Positions 8,426 to 18,559 of a stretch of 64,000 nucleotides of DNA are shown here, one piece after another. Within the stretch, counting starts at the first letter, position 1. Every line of letters begins with the position of its first letter. Made by a program: the position numbers and the translations under genes. A model generated the notes under the pieces. That model was not told the DNA's origin, ran no database searches, and worked only from the letters and a program-made list of their open reading frames with translations. This DNA comes from Hyaloraphidium curvatum SAG 235-1 (Eukaryota; Fungi; Monoblepharomycota). Location: positions 589,717-653,716 of the forward strand of contig JAIVFI010000025.1 of assembly GCA_025558095.1 (NCBI GenBank), given 5' to 3'.

Positions 8426-11373
8426 AAGGAAAGACCAGGGTAGTCGGCCTCGTGCAGGAGCGGGAGGCAAAGCCGGAAGCGTACAAGTAAGCGGAAAAAG
8501 TTGTTGAGAATGTGGTTGGCAAGCAGCGCGGGAGAGGCAGTCAGGAAAGCCGACAGGCCGTCCTGCGCCTGGACGAGCCGCTTGCGGCGCTCCAGACCAG
8601 CGGAAGTGTCGGGTTGCAAGGCAATCAGAGCCGCGAGGCGGCGCTGGTCCTCGAGACGCGTAAGGTCGCTCTGCAGGCCGTGCCAGACCGGCTGAGCGAA
8701 GAAACTGGCGTCCGCAGGGAGCGTACGGCGGGCGGGCGCGGCGCCCACCGGTTGCCCAGCACGCGCAGCCTCGGCGTACGCTGCGGCCGTGTCATCCTCG
8801 ACACGCTCAAAGGCGGGGCGGAGGGCCTCGATGACGGGAACCAGTTCCCGCACGTGCTCCACGCCCACACCCCGGGCCGAGGTTCGAAGACCAAGCATGG
8901 CGTCCAAAAAAAACGAGAAGAGCTGGGTCACACAGAGACGGAGGAGGGAGTACAGGCCCTGGAGGGAGGGGATGTCGGCCGGCATGGCGTAGCCGAGCGC
9001 AGCGCGCTCGATTTCATCGAGAAGAGCGGCAATGGAGTCGATCTTGGCCGCGAGGAACGACTCCACATAGGCAGGGGTGCCGACCGGGGCACCTACCACC
9101 TTGAGGCCGCACGAGCAAGCGAAGTCAGGCGAGCCCGGGGCCGACGCCGTGGCATGCACCTCGGGGTCGGCCTCGTGAGGCGGGAAGCCAGCGACGCGGA
9201 TGTTGTGGGCCGCACCGGCCGCACGCACCCGCTCCAGCACGGCCGGGTTCGTCGAGAGCGAAAGCAGGTAGCTCTTGTCCGGGCGGTGGGTCATGCCGAG
9301 GGAAGCAAGGCCGTCACGCACCTCTCCCAGGACGGCCATGACCGAGTCCAGCGGCCCGACCACGGTGAGGTCGTCGAGGTACCCAAGGATGAGGCAGTCG
9401 GGGTGCCCAGAGCGGATGGGCCGCAGCATGCGGCTCATGGCGCAGGAGAAGATGGCAGACGACAGCGGGTCGCCCTGGATGTTGCCCTCGTACATGGTGA
9501 TCCGGAAAAGGAGCTCCGCCGAGCGCCGGTCGCGGAAGTAGGCGTGGGAAGGGCGCGAGTAAACGAGGTTGTAGTACGGGATAAGCTGAGGCACCTGGCG
9601 GACCACCTCGCGCGCGAAGAGGCGGCGCAGCGTATTGAAGGCGTTCCTAGAGTCGACCTTCATGACGACGTGGTCGGGGAAGGCCGCCAGCCACGCGTTC
9701 ACCGCGTGGGCGGTCGCCTCCGCGCCCCCGTCCACCCCGTGACCCAGGTCCTCCTGCTGTTGGAGCTTCCTCAGAAGAGCCTTGTGCCGCACGGCCAGGT
9801 ACGAGCCCGCGAGCCGCGTGATGCCCTCCATAATGCCAATCGGCCGGAGCCCCCCCTCCGGCTTGAGCAGAGGGACGAGGATTTGATCCGTGAGGAGCGG
9901 CCGGAGCATGGGGGTGTCGAGTCGGCCAGTGCACACGCCGTGCACCATGGCCGCCAGCGGGCGGAGCTTCCGCCGCGTCGCGTCGTTCTCGCAGTTGTGC
10001 ACGATGAAAAGTTTGGCCATGCTGAAACCCGACATGCCGGCCCCCACGCCGTCCTTCTTCCGGCGCAACCGGGCCCAGATGTCCTCCAGGAAAGCCGCGT
10101 CCGTGTAGGCAGGGCAGGGCACGGGCGCGTTGGGGGGCAGAGACAGCCGACACAGCGGCTCTCCCTCCCGCGGCCCCGGGTACAGCTCCTCCAGTTCCGC
10201 CTGCAGCGTGGGCGTGAAGCCAGCCGGAACGGCCTCCCCCGAGAGGGCCGCGGACGCAGCACCAGGAGCGCCCTTCAAGGCGGCAAGCACGATGGCCTTG
10301 AAGAGCTGGTAGTTGAGCGGCCGCAGCCCGTCCCGCCGCGCGCCCCGGTTGACCTGACGGGCGGCGAAGTAGTTCTGCTCGTACATGTAGTCCCCCGACA
10401 TGACGTAGCCGCCAAACGCAAGGTAGGCGGTGAGAGTGCGGTGCAGGTCGGTTTCCGGTGCCGCCGGGTCCTCGTAGGCCCGTTGGAAAGACTCGCTGGC
10501 CCGGAAGGCGAGCGTGCTCCAGGTGGTGGTCCGGTAGCGGTGCTTCAGCGGCTCCGGCGGCGGCGCCCCCGCGCCCCCGCCCGGCGGCGGATCAGGCCCG
10601 GGACCCCCGGGTGGACCACCGTCGCCCGGGTCGCCCGGATCACCGCCGTGGCCGTGCCCGCCAGCCGCGGCGTTGCCGCCCGGCGCGCCGTCGCCGCCTG
10701 GGGGATCACCGCCGTCCTGGGCGGCACGCGCCGCTGCCGCCGCCGCCGCCAGCGCCGCCAGCGCCGCCCGTTGCGCCTGGCCGTCCTGCGGGGCGTCGGC
10801 CGCAACCCGGGCGGCCGCAAGGGCCGCCATCAGCGCGGGCGCGGGTGGCGAAGCACGGGGAGATGCCGACGATGCCGCCGGTGACGCCGGTCCCTCCGCG
10901 CGTCCCGTGGCAGCCGCCCGCTCGGCACGCACGCGGTCGAGGAACTCGACGAGATCGGGTGGAAGCGAAGCTAAAGAGACGCCGAGTGGCGGGTTAGCTG
11001 CGTCCGGGTTGCACGAGGTGTGCTGTCCAGAAACACCGGCACCAGAGGCGTTTGCGGCGTAGGGACGCCGGCAACCCCCGCACCGCGCTAGCCCCATGGC
11101 ACGCAACGCATCGGCAGACAGGCGCTGCATCGCCAACCAGTGCTCCGGGCTCCGTGTGACCCGAAGATGACCGTCCCGTTTGTTTTTGTTTGGAGTTGGC
11201 TGGAAGCGGCAACCATCAACCGGGCACGCATGGAGGCCGGGTTCAGCAGGCGCCTCCGCCATCGGCACATCGCCGTCGATGCAAGATTGGTGATGATGAG
11301 ATAGAGCTCCGATGGTGGCAAAAGCTGCCGCGCAGCGGTGGCAGCTGTAAGGCAGGAGTGGCGTGCGGCTCAT
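8386..11373 (-). CDS. Retrotransposon ORF, zinc fingers plus reverse transcriptase (995 aa, frameshifted at ~8424)
   Basis: CHRC...HHHQSC, CPVDGC and CGGC fingers; KPEGGLRPIGI, GHGVDGGAE, KVDSRNAFN, GNIQGDPLS, YLDD, GLKVVGAPVG; AFLTASP...FRLLVRFRLCLP. Confidence 0.92.
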   Translation of the reverse strand: MSRTPLLPYSCHRCAAAFATIGALSHHHQSCIDGDVPMAEAPAEPGLHACPVDGCRFQPTPNKNKRDGHLRVTRSPEHWLAMQRLSADALRAMGLARCGGCRRPYAANASGAGVSGQHTSCNPDAANPPLGVSLASLPPDLVEFLDRVRAERAAATGRAEGPASPAASSASPRASPPAPALMAALAAARVAADAPQDGQAQRAALAALAAAAAAARAAQDGGDPPGGDGAPGGNAAAGGHGHGGDPGDPGDGGPPGGPGPDPPPGGGAGAPPPEPLKHRYRTTTWSTLAFRASESFQRAYEDPAAPETDLHRTLTAYLAFGGYVMSGDYMYEQNYFAARQVNRGARRDGLRPLNYQLFKAIVLAALKGAPGAASAALSGEAVPAGFTPTLQAELEELYPGPREGEPLCRLSLPPNAPVPCPAYTDAAFLEDIWARLRRKKDGVGAGMSGFSMAKLFIVHNCENDATRRKLRPLAAMVHGVCTGRLDTPMLRPLLTDQILVPLLKPEGGLRPIGIMEGITRLAGSYLAVRHKALLRKLQQQEDLGHGVDGGAEATAHAVNAWLAAFPDHVVMKVDSRNAFNTLRRLFAREVVRQVPQLIPYYNLVYSRPSHAYFRDRRSAELLFRITMYEGNIQGDPLSSAIFSCAMSRMLRPIRSGHPDCLILGYLDDLTVVGPLDSVMAVLGEVRDGLASLGMTHRPDKSYLLSLSTNPAVLERVRAAGAAHNIRVAGFPPHEADPEVHATASAPGSPDFACSCGLKVVGAPVGTPAYVESFLAAKIDSIAALLDEIERAALGYAMPADIPSLQGLYSLLRLCVTQLFSFFLDAMLGLRTSARGVGVEHVRELVPVIEALRPAFERVEDDTAAAYAEAARAGQPVGAAPARRTLPADASFFAQPVWHGLQSDLTRLEDQRRLAALIALQPDTSAGLERRKRLVQAQDGLSAFLTASPALLANHILNNFFRLLVRFRLCLPLLHEADYPGLSFPAGGAASDRPCR

Positions 11374-11752
11374 GGCGAATACGGTGGCGGCGGCGATGCC
11401 GGTGTCCCGCCGCCAGGATCAGCTACCGCGGACGGTGCCTTGTCCGACGAGATCTCCCAATCGTCGAGCGCATGTGTCCGCATCCAAACCTCCTGTGACT
11501 CGGTCAGGTCGCCCCCCGCCCTGTGCCAGGCCGCAAGCGCCGACCACGCGTCACCGATAGCATCACGGCCGCCGTCATCGAGGAGCTCGGAAGATGGCCC
11601 GATCTAAGCAACAGAGGGGCCAGGCATCGCAATCAGGCAAACTGGAACCATTTTCATCTATCCGCTATGACGGGACGCCACGAACCCAACAACTGTCCCG
11701 AGTCCGACCCCCACAATACACTGCCAAGGTCGTTCGCGCACCTGACCACATG

Positions 11753-13414
11753 CTAGATGGGAGGCTGATCGACCACGACGGCCAGATCTGCCTCCCCAAT
11801 CACGACGTACGGGTTCGTATCCCACTTGAAAGTGTCCGAAGGGCTCGGATCCCAGTTGCGGGCGACGCCGGTGGCGGTCACATGCGCCCCGACCAGGTTC
11901 TCCTTTGCCGACAGCCCGAGCCGCGCCAGGGTCGCCGCGAACGCCGCGTCGCTCTCGAACAGGATGATGCTCTGGGTCATGTTGAGCTGCACCAGCCCGG
12001 CGGCGAGGACCGCGGCCTGTACCGTGCCCTCGACCGACACGAGCTGGTTCTCCCAGTTGGCCAGGATCGCGTCGTTGGGGTCCCCGAGCGAGGCAGCGAC
12101 GGGCGGCGGCGGGCGCACGAATGCAGGCACCGAGAAGGCGGCGAACGAGTCCAGGTAGACGCGGTAGAAGAAGACGCACGAGGGGGAGCAGACGGATTGC
12201 TGGTCAACCAGACCGGCAAAGGTGATAGAATACCCGCCCAGCCCGATCTTCAGGAAGCTCGGGAGATCGAGGCCCCAGACCAGCCGCAGCTTGTTCCACG
12301 TCGATGTGTCCGGGATCACCGCATAGAGGTGCCCGTTCGCATCGGGCCATTCCATCTCGAAGACGCCGTCGGGGATGTAGTCCCTCACCGAGCCGGAAAA
12401 GCTGATCCGCTGCCCCACCCGTGACCATACCGACGACGGGTCCTGGATGTCCACAGGAACGGGGGTGGAGGTCGCCGTCGTCGCCGTGCGGCTTCTCGTG
12501 CTGCTGGTTTGCGAGCAAGAGGTGGTGACCGCGGTCGCCGTGCGGGATCTGGTGCTGCTGGTCCGCGAGAGCGAGGTCGTGGTGGCGGTGGTTGCCGTCA
12601 GCGATGCCGTCGCGCTGGTCTGCGGCTCGCGGTGCGTGAGGGGCTCCGCGGTGCTGGTTTGCGGCTTCGCGGTGCTGGTTTGCGGCTCGGCGGTGCGAGA
12701 GGCCGTGCTGCTGGCCGCTTGGGGCGGGGAGCTTGATGCAGGGGGCGGGCTTCCCGGGGCGACCGCGGTGAAGAACATGCCCGTCGGCGTCGCTCTGTAC
12801 CACACTTGGTACCTCCGTCCAACGACGAATGTCCTTGCAAAGGTGACGGTCCAAACCGCGCCAGCTTTCGATCCACCCCGCCACGCGGGTCCCGCGCGCC
12901 CGGCAGCGTCCCTGAGCGCAATGTCCGACACCGGGCGCGTGCTCGATCGAGAAAGGGCGAGCCTGAGCGTGCCATTGGCCGGCAGGTAGGCGACCGACCT
13001 GATGTGATCCGTGAAAATGTCGTTGCCCAGCGACGATGTCGGCGCGACGTTGGAGTAGCGAGGCAGCAGCGGGCTCCGCACGCTTAGCTTGAAGCGAACG
13101 GCGCTACTCTTCGCGGAAACCGTGCGGTCGTCGAAATCCGCGCCCCTGACGAACGTGTCGAGGTCCGACAGAACATAGAAACCGCTCGATCCCCGTGCCG
13201 CTCGGATGAGGTTGCGGTATGCGGCGCCGCCGGTGTTGCGGAGCGAGACGAGGCGGGTCTGGGGGTAGAATCTCGGGTTGCTGCCGCCGATGTAGAGTCC
13301 GTGGGGCTCGGCGGACGCGGCGGCGAACGCGGCGGCGAGCAAAATCAGCGGGAGCAGAAGGGTAGCCCCGGCCAGCCGCGCGGGAGCCGCTCGGGGCACC
13401 GCACAGCCCAGCAT
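11753..13414 (-). CDS. Predicted secreted protein: signal peptide, N-terminal beta domain, Ser/Thr-rich linker and two putative OB-fold repeats
   Basis: Hydrophobic LLLPLILLAAAFAAASA. Internal 21-bp (PQTSTA[E/K]) and TSSTRSRTATA repeats. Two C-terminal units: VGQRISFSGSV...ITFAGLV and WENQLVSVEGTV...VGAHVTATGV. Confidence 0.7.
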   Translation of the reverse strand: MLGCAVPRAAPARLAGATLLLPLILLAAAFAAASAEPHGLYIGGSNPRFYPQTRLVSLRNTGGAAYRNLIRAARGSSGFYVLSDLDTFVRGADFDDRTVSAKSSAVRFKLSVRSPLLPRYSNVAPTSSLGNDIFTDHIRSVAYLPANGTLRLALSRSSTRPVSDIALRDAAGRAGPAWRGGSKAGAVWTVTFARTFVVGRRYQVWYRATPTGMFFTAVAPGSPPPASSSPPQAASSTASRTAEPQTSTAKPQTSTAEPLTHREPQTSATASLTATTATTTSLSRTSSTRSRTATAVTTSCSQTSSTRSRTATTATSTPVPVDIQDPSSVWSRVGQRISFSGSVRDYIPDGVFEMEWPDANGHLYAVIPDTSTWNKLRLVWGLDLPSFLKIGLGGYSITFAGLVDQQSVCSPSCVFFYRVYLDSFAAFSVPAFVRPPPPVAASLGDPNDAILANWENQLVSVEGTVQAAVLAAGLVQLNMTQSIILFESDAAFAATLARLGLSAKENLVGAHVTATGVARNWDPSPSDTFKWDTNPYVVIGEADLAVVVDQPPI

Positions 13415-14086
13415 TCCCGGGAACGGTCAAGGGAGAGGTCTCTTGGGCCCCCGCGGACCGTGTCCTGCGCCCGCAGACATGGGGTTGGTGTCGTGGGAGA
13501 TTCCCGCCCCGGCGTGCTGTCGTCGCCGGCCAAGTGCCGTGGGAAAATGCCGAGGATAATCGAAGGATGGTGGGAAATCCGTGGGTCCGGCAGGATTATC
13601 CGAGCGGCAGCACCCCCCGAGGCCAACCGAACGACCCATTCTTAGATTAACCGAAAAGCGCGGAAGCATGGATTTGGGCCGGATTGGAAAGACAGCGTGG
13701 AGCTCTAGCCCGTGCGGACTTGCGGGCATCGCCGTTCAATCCCCCGAATAGATGCACGTCCCCACAGCTGGAGCGTGTGACACCCCAACGGAAGCACCAA
13801 ACGGAAGAGAAATCTGCGATGTATCCTATCTTCATCTACAGCAATCAATCACCATCCATCGAGATGGCGGCATGGGCTCTTTTTCCCGGCCGGCTCGCGA
13901 CCAGCCGACGTCGACGTGGCGGTCGCGGTGCTTCGAATCCGGAGATCCGACGCAAAGCGCCATCGGACGTCATGCCGCAAAGATCATTTTCCTCTCTCAA
14001 ATGGCCTGAAGTCCCCAGCGATTGCCATTCTGTCCCAAAGTCAGCGGACCCCCTCGGAGGCTTCTCATGGTGTCCCTGCGGCCCGC

Positions 14087-14470
14087 CTAGCCGCACGCAG
14101 CTCCAGTCCCCGTTCCCTCCAGCAACCTCAGCAGCCCCCGCAGCGCGTTGGCCTCCTCCAGCTCGCGTGCCGCGGGGGCCTGGCCGAGGAACTCGAGCGC
14201 CCCCACGAACGCCCCCATCCGCGCGTGCACGCTCTCTCGAAGGTCGGGCCGGAGCACCGTCAGCGCGAGACCGAGCAGCGCGAAGATGGTCCCGAGATCG
14301 TTGCCGTAGTGGGCGGCGAGGATTCCGAGTGCGCGGGCGGCAGCTTCCTCGTCGTCCGGCATCTCGTTCCCTTCCGCGGACTCGTCGTCGTCCGCGGGCT
14401 CGTCCTCGTCGTCCGCGGGCTCTCCCGCGGGCAGTTCGTCCGGAAAGGGGTCGTCCGCGTGTTCCGGCAT
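14087..14470 (-). CDS. Small hypothetical protein (127 aa) with an acidic N-terminus and helical C-terminus
   Basis: ATG at 14470, host-like GC3-rich codons, DDEDEPADDDES repeats and an amphipathic helical C-terminal half. Confidence 0.55.
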   Translation of the reverse strand: MPEHADDPFPDELPAGEPADDEDEPADDDESAEGNEMPDDEEAAARALGILAAHYGNDLGTIFALLGLALTVLRPDLRESVHARMGAFVGALEFLGQAPAARELEEANALRGLLRLLEGTGTGAACG

Positions 14471-14881
14471 GGTGATGACGTGCGCTTGGAAGTTTCTGGC
14501 AGCGCGGATAAAGATGTGATGGCGGGAAGCGCGACCTTCGCGGAAACGAAGACTCGACATGACCGCGCAAAACCGGAACCCGTACCCGGCGATCTCGCGC
14601 CGCAAAGGCCATCGGGCAGAATATCATATCGTTCGCTCACCCTTGGAGACGGATCCATAGCTGTGTCCTGGGCCGCCGGACCGGACCGTGCGGTGCCAAA
14701 TCCCGTGGGAGGAATACTTGCAGGAGCCATTTCTTGCCCAAGCCGTCCTCTTTTTGGTCCGTGCTGGCTTCTGAGCCTTACATACAGGTGCCGTCGTCTC
14801 GCCTCCGCCGTCCTTCCTGCAAGGGTCGTCAAGCCCCATCCATCCCCGCCCGGCGGCGCAAACCACCCACCTCCCGGCCCA

Positions 14882-15189
14882 TCACTGCTTCGCCTTGAGC
14901 TTGGCCACCAGCTCCACGTACTCCTTGGCCGCGTCCTCCTTGCTCACCCCCTTCTTCGCGTTCCACGCGTCCCACTTGGCCTTCCCCTTGAAGTCCGTGA
15001 ACCCCGGCCGCGTGGTGTTGCAGTCGCCCTCGGTGGCCTGCTTGAACAGGGCGTAGAGGGCGAGCAGCTCGTCGTTGGAGAGGCCCTGCGGGTTCCGTCG
15101 GCGTGAGCGCGGCGCGCGCGGGGTGGGGGAGGGGGGCACACCGTCAGGCTCTTGGACTCCGCGGCGGCCTTTTCAAAGTCGGTCGACAT
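14882..15189 (-). CDS. ACB1: Acyl-CoA-binding protein; intron 15086-15141
   Basis: MSTDFEKAA...[40 protein letters not shown] is the canonical ACBP signature. Confidence 0.97.
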
Positions 15190-15472
15190 GGCGCCGGCGT
15201 TTGTTCCTCTTCGGGACGGCGGGGAGACGTTCGACGTGTGTTCGGTCCTTCGCGCACGGGACCCTGATCGCGGACCCCACACTCTACATTCCCGGCGAAC
15301 CATCCGATCGCGGACCGGACAGACGGCCTTCCCAAACTTCTTATTGGCGCAGGGTAGCCCGCACAGCATCCCTCGGACCGCGACCCGGCTATAACCCCCG
15401 CCCTTCCTTCCCTCGACCCATTTCCTCCCCTCCCTCGGGCCCCCCCGATCCGGGGCCCCATCCGGGCCCAGA

Positions 15473-17339
15473 TCAGGCCCAGATCCCGATCACCGCCATG
15501 ATCGACACAGCCGCCCACAGGGCGAGGAACGAGAGCGCCTTGCGCTGCCACGACAGGCGCATGAAGACGGACGAGTTGGTCATGTTGGCCGCCAGGAGGT
15601 TGACGCAGGCGTCGTAAATGAGGATGCCGGCGGCGATCGAGTCTGGCGTGCGGAGCGGCGGTCAGCGGATGGATGCGGAGCAAGGCGGGATGGGAGGGGA
15701 CGCACCGATGATGCCGAGGGTCAGCAGGGTGGTCTCGGAGTTGGGGACAAAGGTCGAGTGGATGCCGATGCCGGTGGCGATGCCCAGGGGCGTGGTCAGG
15801 GTGTAGAAGACGACCATGAAGATGGGCTGGACTGTGATCGGAAGAAGCGTTAGCATGATGGCGGTGGGGAAGGCACGGGGAAGACGCACAGTTGGTCTTG
15901 AAGCCGGCGTCGAGGACCGTGGCGGAGAGGGCCATGCCTTCAAAGAACTGCCCGGACGAAATCAGCCACTGCAGAAAACATCGCACCAACGCACAGAAAA
16001 CCCACCTGGTGGAACGCCAGCGCGATCATGAGCGCCGTCAGCTCAGACCCCGACGACACGCCGGCCGCCAGGCCGATGATGAACGAGTGCGTGGCGATCC
16101 CGACCTCGAGCACGTACACCGTGATCTGGCGCCTCTGCCTGTGCGCCAGCAGCAGGTGGTGCGTGTGCTCGGCCTCGTCCAGTTCCGCGAGGTCGCCCGC
16201 CGAGTGGCCGTGGTCGTGCGCGTGCCCGGCGATGGTGGCGTGCGAGGTGAGGTCCTTCTCGGCGTCGGTGCGGGTGTCGAGGATCACACTGCCGCTGTCC
16301 TCGGCGGCGGCCTTGTCGGGAAGGATGGACATTTCGGGCGCAATTACGGCTGCGGCGGCGGGGGCGTGCGTGTGGGTCGGGTCGAAGGCCTTTAGGTACG
16401 AGACCGCCATGGTCTGGATGAACTGGGTGAAGAGGACGGCGATCATGGCAAAGGCGCCCGCCCAGGAGGAGTACTCGAGCCAGAAGTCGGAGAGGCAGAC
16501 GTTGGTGAGGTTGGAGAAGGCGGGCGCGAACATGTGGATAAAACTGGGGGCGGGCCGGGCCAATTCCGGGAAAAACAAGGAGATCACGAAGGAGAGATGC
16601 AGGACGGTTAGCTCCAATGAAATCCGGCGGCCCGTTTGCCACCCACCCAGTCGCCAGGATGATACCCGCGCCGAAGTGCTTGAAGATTGAAAACACGAAG
16701 TCCGACGCCCGGAGAGCCTTGAACCGCTTCGCCAGGATCGGGATAAGGCATCCGATCAGAGAGACACCGATCTTTGGGGCGGATGAGGGCGATGCGGGAG
16801 GGGAATGGAAGGGGAGGGACCATGAGTGAGCGTTGCGCAACGGGGCGAACAAGACCGGGAGACGCCCAGGACGACCCCTCCCGCCATCAGAATATTCAAA
16901 TTACCTGAATGAAGACGCCGGCGATGTGCAGGTTAAGGTTGTAGTCGTCCTCGCTCGTCTCGGAGCAGTGAGCGGCGAGTGCGGCGGTGTCCTCCTCGCA
17001 GTGCTCCGTGCCGTCGTCCTCGATCTCGCACTTGATGAAGCCGGGCCTGAGCTCGCCGCCGGCGCCGTGGGCGTGCACGCCGGGCAGGGCGCACAGGGCG
17101 CAGGCGGCCACGCCGAGGCAGAGGCACACGGCGAGCAGCGTCTTGTTGACGGGCGCCCTTCGGGGCCTGCCGGCCGCCCTGGCGACATCCTTGTGCTCCT
17201 TGTGGCCGGCGTGCGGCGTGCGCCCCGCCCGGTGCCGCGGCGGCTCCTCCGGGGCGCAGCGCGGGTCGTCGCAGCAAATGGTGTCCTCGCAGCAGGCGTC
17301 GGCGCAGACCGCCCGGCGGCGGGTCGCGGTGCGCGGCAT
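15473..17339 (-). CDS. ZIP-family zinc/iron permease (Zrt1/ZrfC-like), multi-exon
   Basis: DYNLNLHIAGVF, KHFGAGIILAT, His-rich loop HAHDHGH, VLEVGIATHSFIIG, AFHQFFEGMAL, AGILIYD, ending VIGIWA. Confidence 0.93.
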
Positions 17340-18559
17340 CGCTGTCTCCTTAATGTGGTGAAGCGGGATGGCGGGCGGCGGCGGGCGCGGGCGTGGGCGC
17401 GGGGCCGGGGCGGGCGTGGCCGGCAAAGTGGGATTGCGGCGGGGCGCCCCCGGCCGGTGCCGAACAACCCAAACGCAAAGGCAGAAGGCCCGGCATCGAT
17501 GCGCGCGCAGATCGCGGCATCCGATCCCGCAGACAGCCGCATCACATCGACGTAGATCACTTTGGATGTGCCGAGGCGGCGGGGTGGCTCCCGGGCACCT
17601 GGGCGTGCGTGGCCGGCCGACGCCGATACGCCGATCCCACGGGTCTTGGACCCGCGAACTCAATAGCGGGTCCACCGAATCCGCCGCGCCGCCGGGCCGC
17701 CGGCCAACCTCGTTCTCTCCTATTACTTCCGTGGACGAGAATAGTATCTCGGAGGGAATCGGACCCGTGCCAAGGGGTCACGCCCTTCGTGCCGATGCCG
17801 CGCAAGCGGCATCCCACCCGGCCACCTGATCGGCCGCGGTTCCTCGCCCTGCCGAGCACTTCCTGGACCTCTCGGAGGCATTTCTAGAACATCACTGCAT
17901 CGGCTATTCACCGCGGACTCGGGACCTCGGCCGCAAGCCTCCGCGGTGTTGCGCCGCGCGGCCGCCCTGCGCACGGCCGGAGCGGAAGGCACTCCGCGAA
18001 GGCCTGAAATAGGCAGCACCGCGGCGCAACGGGCGCGATTTGATGGCATATAGAGTTCATTCGATTCGTTTTTTGTGTACTATGGGGCCCGGAGAGCCGG
18101 GCAAGCCCACCTTCTCGGCGAGCCAATGGCGTCCCAGGAGCGTCCGTCCTCTCCTCCGAAATCTCACGCAGCAGCATTCCGTAGACCGACACTGGACGCC
18201 GGCACTGTCGGAAAGATCCGGAGGGTTCGAGTAGCGACCTTCTCCAAACCTGCCGCAGTCACCGGCGTCCCGCCCGCTTTCCGTCCGCATCTGTCCTCAT
18301 CCACTGTCCCGTCCGAGATCTCGATGCTGGGCTAGACAGCGGAGGTTGGAATCTGCGAGGGAGCCATCCCGCGCCGGGCTCCGCCGAGCAGACCGGCATT
18401 CAACGCCGCGGAAGGGATCACCATTCAGCGGGATGCCGGCCGAGAAGAGTTCCCGGGCGGCGCGAGCAAAATCTTCCTGCGCCGCCATGCTCGCGAGGCC
18501 GGCATCCGCGTACGGTGGTCCGTCCGTTCGAACAAAAGCTCGGAAGCGGGACTTCACTG

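Larger units (their letters stand above)
7644..11603 (-). mobile_element. Non-LTR retrotransposon of RLE type (CRE/Cnl1-like clade), decayed; ends approximate
   Basis: N-terminal C2H2-type zinc fingers, a full set of RT motifs, a C-terminal CCHC and a PD-(D/E)xK-like endonuclease. Short 3' UTR ending in (ATACAT)2. No LTRs or APE domain. Confidence 0.9.

Noticed and set aside
8512-10884. 790-aa plus-strand ORF and many other long overlapping ORFs (for example 15-1412, 40229-42262, 53210-54916)
   Set aside because: These are antisense or off-frame shadows of GC3-rich genes, with low-complexity R/G/A/P content and no motifs.
7620-11621. GAGGGGCC at 7620 and 11614 as a target-site duplication of the retroelement
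   Set aside because: It is only 8 nt, does not abut the inferred 3' tail and is expected by chance at this GC content.
13860-13945. TTCGAATCC resembling a tRNA T-loop
   Set aside because: No acceptor, D or anticodon stems can be built around it.
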